This document shows positions 50,633 through 59,513 of a DNA stretch of 64,000 nucleotides, piece by piece. Source of the DNA: an uncultured Planctomycetota bacterium (lineage in GTDB: Bacteria; Planctomycetota; Planctomycetia; Isosphaerales; Isosphaeraceae); assembly GCA_963737655.1 (NCBI GenBank), contig CAVTTN010000002.1, positions 2,688,001 through 2,752,000 of the forward strand, read 5' to 3'. The notes under the pieces were generated by a model. It did not search any database, was not told the origin of the DNA, and saw only the letters and a list, made by a program, of their open reading frames with translations. The translations under genes were made by a program, and so were the position numbers. Each line of letters opens with the position of its first letter. The stretch's first letter is position 1.

Positions 50633-51133
50633 TCAGGCCCCGCTCCCCACCCCTTCGGCCACCTCTCTCGATTCTCCCGTGTAGAAGTGGAAAAATTCCT
50701 GGCCGGCGAAGTAATCGGCCATCGCCTTGCGGACCGATCGCAATTGCTCGACGAACCGGGCGTATTGCTCGATCAGCTTCTTGCGGCGCTCGGGCGAGAG
50801 CTGGGCGATGTCGTGGTAGTGCCTCTCGCCGGTCTCGCGATCGACGAAGCTCCAGAGCCTCTTGACCCTCAGGCCGGATTCCTCGTCGTCGTACATGAGC
50901 TGGCGGGCATATTGGCGCGCCTTCATCTTCTTGGCGAAGGCGATGAGCTCGGCGTCGGTCTCGAAGCCGCCGTGCCATTCGATCCACTTGACGATGCGGT
51001 CGGTGCTGAACCGTGGGCCTTCCTCGGCGCAGAGCTCCTTCAGGCTGGCGACGATCTCGGCGGGTCCCATCGGCGGGTCTCCCTCGGGCGGACGAGCGGG
51101 CGAGCGGGCGTCGGGGTCGTCCGGTCGCGTCAT
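50633..51133 (-). CDS. Hypothetical helical protein
   Basis: Coding-like codon bias; start uncertain (51133 or 51070). Confidence 0.7.
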   Translation of the reverse strand: MTRPDDPDARSPARPPEGDPPMGPAEIVASLKELCAEEGPRFSTDRIVKWIEWHGGFETDAELIAFAKKMKARQYARQLMYDDEESGLRVKRLWSFVDRETGERHYHDIAQLSPERRKKLIEQYARFVEQLRSVRKAMADYFAGQEFFHFYTGESREVAEGVGSGA

Positions 51134-51741
51134 GACGCCGGCCCCGATCCCCTTTGGCCGAATCTTAACGCCTAACTCGGGCCGAGTCGATGGACTCCCG
51201 TACAAAGTGTCCGCATTTCACGTCCGGTTCGTCCGTACAACCGGGACAACCGATCCGATCCCGGCCCCTCGTCGCCGCGACCCGGCGGATCGGGCCGCGG
51301 CCGCGGTCGCATGGTACGCCGATTGATGTCAAAAAGATGAATCAACCCTCGAACGATCGAAGTGGACAACACTTTTCCCGCGCAATCGTCGGAATACCCT
51401 GGAAAACAAGCCGAATGCGCGTGCGCAGTCGGTCGTGCGCACGTGTTTCACAACATACTTTCCATTGTTCCTCAAAAATCCGCAAAATCCGACCCGCTTA
51501 CGAGTTCCGTTGGTTGGCCGGATCGACCGCCGGGGCCTTCACGCGCCTCATTCCTGGCACTCTTCGCGGGCCGGCGAGAACGACGGTTTCTCATCTTGTT
51601 GAACGAGCGAGCGCTTTTATCATGATTGGTTATTTCGATTTCCATGGGGCGGGAAGTGACGGTTTCGTTCCGAACCATGGTGTCGGGTAGATCTTCGACT
51701 CGATGAGGTGCAACAGACATTCACCCTTATCCCATTTCAAT

Positions 51742-51768
51742 AATCTGCGTAATCTGCGTAATTTGCGT
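51742..51768. repeat. 9-bp tandem repeat (AATCTGCGT) x3
   Basis: AATCTGCGTAATCTGCGTAATTTGCGT; the same unit occurs inverted at 56858-56926. Confidence 0.7.
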
Positions 51769-52019
51769 TTGACTCCAGGTTCCCCATTCTGTCCAAATAC
51801 AGCAAGTCGCCGAGGCCGAAGGTCCGATTCGCCGCTTACTGAGGCCTTTTTCATCGATTGAGTGATCGCCGGGCCCCGCGGTCTCGATGGTTTGGGTGGA
51901 CTCGTCTGGTGGCGAGGTCTGGGGCCCGGGTCCGGGTCGTCCTGATTCATTGACCCTGCCCGATCCTTCGGGTTAGCGTAAGGGTCGCGCGAACCCTCCC
52001 CTTTCCCGAGGCCCGAGTC

Positions 52020-52778
52020 ATGATGCGATCGTCCCGAACCCTCGCCGCCCTCGTCGTCCTGGTCCTGGGCGCCTCGGCCTCGGCCGGCGAACCGGGATTC
52101 GTCCCCCTGTTCGACGGCAAGAACCTCGACCTGTGGACCATCCCTCCCGGGGACAACGGCCACTGGAAGATCCTCGACGGCGTGATCGATTACGACGCCC
52201 GGAGCGAGGCCCCGGGGAACAAAAACCTCGTCAGCAAGGGGGAATACGGCGATTTCGTCCTGAAGCTGGAATGGCGGATCAAGGAAACGCCGTATATCAA
52301 CCCGAATATCCCTTACATCCTTCCCGACGGCACCCACGCCCGGGGCGTGGACGGCAAGGAGCTGAAACTCGCCCTGCCCGACAGCGATTCGGGCGTGTAC
52401 CTCCGCGACATGAGCGGCAAGAGCCAGGTGAATATCTGGTGCTGGCCCATCGGTTCGGGCGAGGTCTACGGCTATCGGACCGACGCGACCCAGCCGCCCG
52501 AGGTCCGCGCCGGGGTCACTCCGAAGCATCAGGCCGACAAGCCCGTCGGCGAGTGGAACGAGTTCGAGATCACCCTGAAAGGCGACCGGTTGAAGGTCGT
52601 CCTCAACGGGGTGCCCGTGATCGAAGAGGCGAAGCTGCCCGAGATTCCGGCAAAAGGGCCGATCGCGTTGCAGCACCACGGCGGCTTCAAGGACGGCAAG
52701 TACCTCGGCCCGCCCAGCCTGGTGCAGTTCCGCAACATCCGCATCCGGGAGTTGACCGGCTCCGACTCCTCGAAGTAA
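52020..52778 (+). CDS. DUF1080 (3-keto-disaccharide hydrolase-like) secreted protein
   Basis: LFDGKNL, DFVLKLEWR, DSGVYLR, GEWNEFEI, IALQHHG. Confidence 0.88.
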   Translation: MMRSSRTLAALVVLVLGASASAGEPGFVPLFDGKNLDLWTIPPGDNGHWKILDGVIDYDARSEAPGNKNLVSKGEYGDFVLKLEWRIKETPYINPNIPYILPDGTHARGVDGKELKLALPDSDSGVYLRDMSGKSQVNIWCWPIGSGEVYGYRTDATQPPEVRAGVTPKHQADKPVGEWNEFEITLKGDRLKVVLNGVPVIEEAKLPEIPAKGPIALQHHGGFKDGKYLGPPSLVQFRNIRIRELTGSDSSK

Positions 52779-52870
52779 CCAACGCCCGAGGATCGCTCCA
52801 TTCCCGACCCGTCCCCCGGCGCGTATAACGGAAGGAGACGGGGTGACGGGCCGGAAGGGAGCCTTCGACG

Positions 52871-54211
52871 ATGCGACGGACGTTGTGGATCGGGTCGGCC
52901 CTCGCCCTCCTCGGCTCGGCCGCCCTCGCGGGGGAGTTCGTGCCGTCGGCCGAACGGGGCAAGGCCCTGCTGACCGGCAGGAGCTTCATCGGCCCATCCT
53001 GGACCGAATCGGCCTTCAAGGACGCCGGAAAATCCTGGGGACCGGACGCCCCCGACCCCGACAAGGCCCCCGACGCCTACGCCTCCGCCTTCATGGGCAA
53101 GATCGGCCTCCACCCGGCGCCCTATCCCAACGACGGCCTGCCGATGGGCCTCCGCAAGGCCACCAGCCGGGACGGCAAGAAGACCGGGATCCAGGTCGAT
53201 TGCATGATGTGCCACGGAGGTTCCCTCGGAGGGACCAGCTACGTCGGCCTGGGCAATACTCAGCTCGATTGCGAGGCGGTCTATCGCGAGCTCAATCGGG
53301 CCGACGGCCGGCTCCCCCCGCTCAGCCCGTTCACCCTGAACACGGCCCGGGGGACGGTCAACGCCGGCCAGATGTCCGCGTTCCTCCTGGGTTTCCGCAA
53401 TACCGACCTCACCTTCCGCAAGGTCCCCTTCCTCCACGGGACCAACCTCCCGGAGATCGACACACCCGCCTGGTGGCTCCTGGGCAAGAAGCAGACCCAG
53501 TACTACGACGGCCGGACCGACGCCCGGGACGCCCGCGCCAACATGCAATTCATGCTCGGAGAAAAGAGCCTCGACGAGTTCCAGGCCCTCGAAAATGACT
53601 TCCGGGACATCCAGGCTTATCTCAAGAGCCTGAAGCCCCCGGCTTACCCATTCGCGATCGACCGAGACAGGGCCGAGCGAGGGCGGCAAGTCTTCGTGAA
53701 GACCTGCACCAGGTGTCACGGAACCTACGGCCCCGACGGGGTTTACCCCAACGAGATCGTCGCCCTCGACGTGATCGGCACCGACCCGGCGAGGGCCAAG
53801 GGGATCTCCGACCGTCTGGTCGCTCACTACAACGCCACCTGGTTCGCGGGCGAGTACAAGGTGGACGAGACCCTCACGGGTTACCAGGCTCCCCCGCTCG
53901 ACGGCATCTGGGCCACGGCCCCCTATCTCCACAACGGCTCCGTGCCGACGCTGTTCGCCCTGATCAAATCCTCGGAACGACCCGCAAAATTCCTCCGCCC
54001 CCCCTCCACCGCGTTCGACCACTACGACACCGCAAAGGTCGGCTGGAAGGCCGAGTCCGCCCCCGAAGGCGACCCCAAGGTTTCGGGGATCGATCCCAGG
54101 AGGATCTTCGATAGTGCCCGATGGGGCCTCTCCAACAAGGGGCACACGTTCGGGGACAAACTGTCGGACGAAGAGCGGTGGGCCGTGATCGAGTACCTGA
54201 AAACGCTGTGA
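52871..54211 (+). CDS. Secreted di-haem c-type cytochrome (RoxA/cytochrome c peroxidase-like superfamily)
   Basis: CMMCH and CTRCH; GYQAPPLDGIWATAPYLHNGSVPTL; SNKGHTFG...IEYLKTL. Confidence 0.85.
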   Translation: MRRTLWIGSALALLGSAALAGEFVPSAERGKALLTGRSFIGPSWTESAFKDAGKSWGPDAPDPDKAPDAYASAFMGKIGLHPAPYPNDGLPMGLRKATSRDGKKTGIQVDCMMCHGGSLGGTSYVGLGNTQLDCEAVYRELNRADGRLPPLSPFTLNTARGTVNAGQMSAFLLGFRNTDLTFRKVPFLHGTNLPEIDTPAWWLLGKKQTQYYDGRTDARDARANMQFMLGEKSLDEFQALENDFRDIQAYLKSLKPPAYPFAIDRDRAERGRQVFVKTCTRCHGTYGPDGVYPNEIVALDVIGTDPARAKGISDRLVAHYNATWFAGEYKVDETLTGYQAPPLDGIWATAPYLHNGSVPTLFALIKSSERPAKFLRPPSTAFDHYDTAKVGWKAESAPEGDPKVSGIDPRRIFDSARWGLSNKGHTFGDKLSDEERWAVIEYLKTL

Positions 54212-54230
54212 ACACCCGAGGGGCCATCCC

Positions 54231-54295
54231 GTAGGGTGCATGAAATGCACCATCTACTGGAAGAGGAAAGAGTTGGGGCAATTCACACACCCGAC
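54231..54295. repeat. REP doublet (GTAGGGTGCATGAAATGCACC family), right unit degenerate
   Basis: Left unit exact; right unit GGGGCAATTCACACACCCGAC resembles the reverse complement. Confidence 0.7.
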
Positions 54296-54309
54296 ATGTT
54301 GGCCGACGT

Positions 54310-54546
54310 TCACACCTGCCGACGGGCCCGGGCCTTGGCCAGCCTCATCACATGCTCCAGCCTCTCGAAATGATCGAGTTCGGCGGCCTCTTCGGGCGAG
54401 ATCTTGCCCTGCTTCTCGCGACCCAGGAGCTCCGCCAGCCGGGCCCCCGCGGATTCCGGGGGTCGGAATGCCAGAACGTCGGCCGAGCCCAAACCGCTGC
54501 TCGCGATCTTCTCGATGAGTTCGTCGGACATCCAATTTTGAATCAT
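54310..54546 (-). CDS. Small antitoxin-like helical protein
   Basis: VLAFRPPESAGARLAELLGREKQGKISPEEAAELDHFERLEHVMRLAKARAR. Confidence 0.7.
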   Translation of the reverse strand: MIQNWMSDELIEKIASSGLGSADVLAFRPPESAGARLAELLGREKQGKISPEEAAELDHFERLEHVMRLAKARARRQV

Positions 54547-54557
54547 AATTGTACTTT

Positions 54558-55475
54558 TTACGCAAGTTGATAGGCTTCGGAGAGGATGTCGATCAGGACG
54601 GAGTTCCCGACCAGGGCCGCGGGGATGCCGAACGCGATCGGATTGGCCCCTCCGTTATATTTATACGACCAGGACGGTTCGATGGAGAGGGGCTTCAGCC
54701 TGTCGGCGACCCGGGTGAAGAAGTCCGAGGGGCCGTCGTCCTGACCTCCCGGCCCTCCCGGCAGGTAGACGAACACCCCGTCGCGCCTCGGCCACATGGG
54801 CAACCAGCAGCGTCGCCCTTTCTTCAGGGAAACGTAGCTCTGGGCGGAGAAATCGATCCGGGATTCGCCGATGCGATCGTTGCAGACACGGCCCAGGTCG
54901 CGAACGGCTTTCATGAAAACATCGTTCGAATTGCTCCGCCACCAATCCTCGTCGCGAGGCGATACGCCCGCTCGGCCGCCGGGGGGCTCGTCGGCGGGCT
55001 GGATCAGGAGGTCGTCGGGCTGGGCGACGATCGCCGCATAGATCGTCGGCACCTCCGGTTCGTGTTTCAGGAGCAGGGTACGAATCTCGATCCCGATGAA
55101 CGGGAGGAACTGCGGCAGGGTCTCGATCACGGTCTTGTACCGGCCGCTCAGGTCCTCGGCCACGAGGACGGCGACATGCCGTGAGTCCGGATTGCGGAGC
55201 CTCTCCCTCGCCCAGTAATCGAGGACGCGGAACCCGTGATCCGCGTCGCATTCCCCGAGCATGATCTCGACTTCATAGTAAGTATCGAGATCGGCCCGAT
55301 AGGCGAGCACATCAAGCCGCCCACCCGTCGACCCGACTTGCTGCAACTCCTGGCTCTGGATCGCGACGGTGCCGAGTCCGAGCCGGGCCGGGTCTTCCGT
55401 AAGCCATTTCTGGAGCCAGAGTTCGTTCTTCCCCAGCGAGCGAAGGGTGGCGGTTCGGTTATCGACGATTTCCAC
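54558..55475 (-). CDS. NucS/EndoMS-like PD-(D/E)xK nuclease-domain protein
   Basis: ELWLQKWL, GGRLDVLA, YEVEIMLG, AVLVAED; more AT-rich codons near the 3' end. Confidence 0.75.
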   Translation of the reverse strand: MEIVDNRTATLRSLGKNELWLQKWLTEDPARLGLGTVAIQSQELQQVGSTGGRLDVLAYRADLDTYYEVEIMLGECDADHGFRVLDYWARERLRNPDSRHVAVLVAEDLSGRYKTVIETLPQFLPFIGIEIRTLLLKHEPEVPTIYAAIVAQPDDLLIQPADEPPGGRAGVSPRDEDWWRSNSNDVFMKAVRDLGRVCNDRIGESRIDFSAQSYVSLKKGRRCWLPMWPRRDGVFVYLPGGPGGQDDGPSDFFTRVADRLKPLSIEPSWSYKYNGGANPIAFGIPAALVGNSVLIDILSEAYQLA

Positions 55476-55523
55476 GAAGCCCTCCGACTTCGAACTGTGA
55501 GGCGGTTCCTTCGGACTGCGTTC

Positions 55524-56753
55524 TCAGTCCTTCTCCGACGGCGGCGGATCGACCTCCGGCCCGGTCGTCTTCTTCAGCGATTCGGCCACCTCGCCGGCCT
55601 TGCGGAAGGCCCGCAAGACGTTGCCGCCGAGGATCTTGTGGATGTCGGACTCGGTGTAGCCTCGTTTCAGGAGCTCCTCGGTCAATCGAGGGTAGCAGGA
55701 GACGTCTTCGAGGCCCACCGGAACGCTCGTGACGCCGTCGAAGTCGCCCCCGAGGCCGACGTGGTCGATCCCGGCGACCTTGCGGATGTGGTCGATGTGA
55801 TCGGCCACGTCGGCGATCGTCCCCCGGGGCATCTTGTAGGTCTTGTACCAGGCTTCGAGGGCCTTGCCGAACTCGGCCGGGTCGGGATACTTCGCTTTCA
55901 GCTCCTTTCGAGCGGCCATGACCTGTTTGGCCGCCTCGGGAACAATGAAACCGGAGTAGAAGTTGACCATGACGACCCCGCCGTTCTCGGGGACTCGCTT
56001 GAGGATGTCGTCCGGGACGTTCCTCGGATGCGGGCAGAGGGCGAAGGCGCTCGAATGACTGAAGATGATGGGGGCCTTCGAGATCCGAAGGGCATCGCTC
56101 ATCGTCGCGGGCGAGACGTGCGACAGGTCCACCAGCACCCCGAGCCGGTTCATCTCCTTCACGACCCGCTCACCGAACGGGGAGAGACCGTCATTTTTTG
56201 GCGAATCGGTGGCGGCGTCGGCCCAATCGAGCGTGGTATTGTGAGTCAGGGTCATGTACCGGGCCCCCTGGCGGGCGAACCCGCGAAGCTGGGCCAGGTC
56301 GTCCTCGATCGCCACCCCGCCCTCGATGCCGATCAGGCTGGCGATTTTGCCCGATTTGGCGATCCTCTCGACGTCATCGGCCGAGAGGGCGAGTTCGAAT
56401 ACGTCGGGATACTTTTCGATCATCCGATGGACCAGGTCGATCTGCTCGGTGACGGTCCGGGCCGGGTCCTTGTGCTCGCTGGGGATGTAAACCGACCAGA
56501 ATTGCGCCTTGACCCCACCTTCGCGCAATCGCGGGATGTCGGTCTGGCCCGAATCGAGCCGGTTGCGGATGTCCAGTTTGGTGAAGGAAACGTCGCCATC
56601 CTTGCGGAGCCTCCAGGGCAGGTCATTGTGGCCGTCCAGGAGGAGGCCGGCGTGATGGACCGCCTTGGCCTTCTCGGAAACCGGCGGCAGAGGCTCGTCC
56701 GCGAGAACCGGGCAAGCCAGGAAAACCAGGGCGACAATCCGGGCGATGGGCAT
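55524..56753 (-). CDS. Membrane dipeptidase (peptidase M19), secreted
   Basis: DGHNDLPW, AQFWSVY, GIEGG, YMTLTH, DLSHVS, FSHS, GLGGDFDG. Confidence 0.93.
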   Translation of the reverse strand: MPIARIVALVFLACPVLADEPLPPVSEKAKAVHHAGLLLDGHNDLPWRLRKDGDVSFTKLDIRNRLDSGQTDIPRLREGGVKAQFWSVYIPSEHKDPARTVTEQIDLVHRMIEKYPDVFELALSADDVERIAKSGKIASLIGIEGGVAIEDDLAQLRGFARQGARYMTLTHNTTLDWADAATDSPKNDGLSPFGERVVKEMNRLGVLVDLSHVSPATMSDALRISKAPIIFSHSSAFALCPHPRNVPDDILKRVPENGGVVMVNFYSGFIVPEAAKQVMAARKELKAKYPDPAEFGKALEAWYKTYKMPRGTIADVADHIDHIRKVAGIDHVGLGGDFDGVTSVPVGLEDVSCYPRLTEELLKRGYTESDIHKILGGNVLRAFRKAGEVAESLKKTTGPEVDPPPSEKD

Positions 56754-56857
56754 GGCGGAGGCTCTCGCGATCGAGCGGGAGAAGCGTTTGGGCAGGCTCG
56801 TTATTCTGGGAGATGAGAGCCTGAGTCGCAAGGCTCCAGAGAATTGGGGGAAGGAAA

Positions 56858-56926
56858 CCCAGATCACGCAGATTACGCAGAGGGAAGCCCCAAGAAATCG
56901 CGTTGATCACCTGCGCAATCTGAGAT
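56858..56926. repeat. Inverted pair of 9-bp-unit repeats (ACGCAGATT / AATCTGCGT type)
   Basis: CAGATCACGCAGATTACGCAGA...CTGCGCAATCTGAGAT. Confidence 0.6.
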
Positions 56927-57064
56927 TGGCCGCGGATGGCCTCTCACTTGGCCGCCCCTGTCTGGACTTCCAGGAACCCGGCGCCCCTGGCGGGGGTTCG
57001 GGCCGGTTCGTAGACTGGGTGGCTTCGGCGTTCGGACCGCCCCCGGCCGAGAGGACATCGACCC

Positions 57065-59230
57065 ATGAGCGTCTCGCGTTTCGGTTTGCTGGCCGCTTTC
57101 GGCCTCGTCGGAGCATTCCTGATCATGAGTATCCCCGGCAATCCGCGGGCCCTGGCCGAGGGGGAGAAGCCCGGCGGCCTCTCCTACCCGCCGGCCCCGA
57201 AGGATGAAACCGTCGAGACCTACCACGGGACGAAGGTCCCCGATCCCTATCGCCCCCTCGAAGACCCGGATTCCTCCGCCACCCGCGCCTGGGTCGAGGC
57301 CGAGAACAAGGTGACCTACGGCATTTTGGAGAAGATCCCCGCCCGAGAGTCGATCAAGACCCGGCTCACCGAACTCTGGAACTACGAGAAGTTCGGCATC
57401 CCGAGCAAGGAAGGTGCGGTTTACAGCTTCAACCGCAACAGCGGATTGCAGAACCAGAGCGTGATTTACACGACGGAGACGCTCGAAGCCGAACCGAGGG
57501 TCCTGATCGACCCGAACTCGCTGTCGAAGGATGGAACGGTGGCGCTGTCCGGGGCGAGGTTCAGCCAGGACGGCTCCCTGTTCGCTTATGGATTGGCCGC
57601 CGCCGGGTCGGACTGGCAGGAGTGGAAGGTCCGCGACGTGAAGAGTGGCGCCGACCGCGACGACCATCTCAAGTGGATCAAGTTCTCCTCCGCCTCGTGG
57701 ACCAAGGACGGTTCGGGCTTCTACTACGGCCGATTCCCCGAGCCGAAGCCGGGCCAGGACCTCAAGGGGGCGAACTATTATCAGAAGCTCTACTTCCACA
57801 AGCTCGGCACGCCCCAATCCGAGGACGTGCTGGTCTACGAGAGGCCCGACCAGAAGGAATGGCAGTTCCACGGCGACGTGACCGACGACGGCAAGTACCT
57901 GATCATCACCGTGAGCAAGGGGACGAACCACAAGTACCGCATCCTCTATCAAAATCTCGGAGAAAAGGGGTCGAAGCCGGTCGAGCTCATCGATGATTTC
58001 GACAGCGAATACAGCTTCATCGACAACGACGGGCCGACCCTGTTCTTCAAGACCGACCTGAACGCGCCCCGAGGGCGGGTCGTCGCCATCGACGTGAACC
58101 ACCCGAAGGAGGTCCGCGAGGTCATCCCGCAGAGGGACGAGACCTTGCAGGGCGCCAGCCTCGTGGGGGGCCGTTTCTTCGCCTCGTACCTGAAAGATGC
58201 AAAAACCGAGGTGCGCGTTCATGATTTGACGGGCAAGTTCGTCCGCGACGTGAAGTTCCCCGGGATCGGCACCGCCTCGGGCTTCGGCGGCAAGAAGGAC
58301 GAGAAGGAGACGTTCTACTCGTTCACCTCGTTCACCACCCCGCCGACGATCTACAAGTACGACGTGGCCTCGGGCGAGAGCACGGTCTTCAAGAAGCCGA
58401 AGGTGGATTTCGACCCGGCGGATTACGAGACGAGGCAGGTCTTCATCAAGAGCAAGGACGGGACGAAGGTCCCGATGTTCCTGTCCCACAAGAAGGGCGT
58501 GAAGCTCGACGGCACCGCTCCGACGCTCCTGTATGGGTACGGCGGGTTCAACATCCCCTTGACCCCCACGTTCAGCCCGGCGGTCCTGGTGTGGATGGAA
58601 ATGGGCGGGATTTACGCCGTGCCCAACCTCCGAGGCGGCGGCGAATACGGCGAGGACTGGCACAAGGCCGGCACGAAGCTCGCGAAGCAGAACGTGTTCG
58701 ACGACTTCCTCGCCGCGGCCGAGTACCTGATCGCGGAGAAGGTCACGAGCACGCCGAAGCTGGCGATCCACGGCCGATCCAACGGCGGATTGCTCGTCGG
58801 CGCCTGCCTCACGCAGAGGCCCGACCTGTTCGGCGCCACGCTGCCGGAGGTCGGGGTGCTCGACATGCTCCGGTTCCACAAGTTCACGATCGGGTGGGCG
58901 TGGATCGATGACTACGGCTCGTCCGACGACCCCGAACAGTTCCGGGCCCTGTTCAAGTACTCGCCCCTCCACAACATCAAGCCGGGCACGTGCTACCCGC
59001 CGACGATGATCTCGACGGCCGACCACGACGACCGGGTGGTCCCGGCCCACAGCTTCAAGTTCGCGGCGGCCCTCCAGGCGGCCCAGTCGTGCGACAACCC
59101 CGTCTTGATCCGGATCGAGACCAAGGCCGGCCACGGCGCCGGCAAGCCCACGGCCAAGGTGATCGAGGACGCCGCCGACCGCTGGGCGTTCCTGGTCAAG
59201 TCGCTGGGGATGACGGTCGAGAAGCCTTGA
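57065..59230 (+). CDS. Prolyl oligopeptidase (S9A), secreted
   Basis: DPYRPLED, LLYGYGGF, GRSNGGLL, DHDDRVVP, AGHGAG. Confidence 0.95.
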   Translation: MSVSRFGLLAAFGLVGAFLIMSIPGNPRALAEGEKPGGLSYPPAPKDETVETYHGTKVPDPYRPLEDPDSSATRAWVEAENKVTYGILEKIPARESIKTRLTELWNYEKFGIPSKEGAVYSFNRNSGLQNQSVIYTTETLEAEPRVLIDPNSLSKDGTVALSGARFSQDGSLFAYGLAAAGSDWQEWKVRDVKSGADRDDHLKWIKFSSASWTKDGSGFYYGRFPEPKPGQDLKGANYYQKLYFHKLGTPQSEDVLVYERPDQKEWQFHGDVTDDGKYLIITVSKGTNHKYRILYQNLGEKGSKPVELIDDFDSEYSFIDNDGPTLFFKTDLNAPRGRVVAIDVNHPKEVREVIPQRDETLQGASLVGGRFFASYLKDAKTEVRVHDLTGKFVRDVKFPGIGTASGFGGKKDEKETFYSFTSFTTPPTIYKYDVASGESTVFKKPKVDFDPADYETRQVFIKSKDGTKVPMFLSHKKGVKLDGTAPTLLYGYGGFNIPLTPTFSPAVLVWMEMGGIYAVPNLRGGGEYGEDWHKAGTKLAKQNVFDDFLAAAEYLIAEKVTSTPKLAIHGRSNGGLLVGACLTQRPDLFGATLPEVGVLDMLRFHKFTIGWAWIDDYGSSDDPEQFRALFKYSPLHNIKPGTCYPPTMISTADHDDRVVPAHSFKFAAALQAAQSCDNPVLIRIETKAGHGAGKPTAKVIEDAADRWAFLVKSLGMTVEKP

Positions 59231-59306
59231 GGGTTCGCCCGGCCGCGCCGCGGGGACGGGCGCGGCCGGGCCTTGTCGAAGGCTTCGAGTTCGGAGACGA
59301 TGGCTC

Positions 59307-59513
59307 GTGAATCGGAGAGACTTCCAGGCCCTCGCGATCCGCCGGTTGGCCGAGGCGACGGTCCTATTCGAGAATCGGATGTACGTCGCCAGGGCCGTGG
59401 CCCGACACATGGACTCCTACCCGGACCGTCCCCATTCCCCGATCCAGAAGATCGCCGGCCCCGTCCCCGACGCGTATTACGTGAAGGAAATCTGGGCCTA
59501 TCCCCGGAGATGA
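59307..59513 (+). pseudogene. Probable deletion-fused HEPN/partner toxin-antitoxin remnant
   Basis: N-terminus MNRRDFQALAIRRLAEATVLFENRMY resembles HEPN starts but lacks the HEPN core. Confidence 0.5.

Noticed and set aside
51134..52019. Replication origin or parS site
   Set aside because: No cluster of TTATCCACA DnaA boxes, no parS palindrome, and no dnaA/dnaN nearby.
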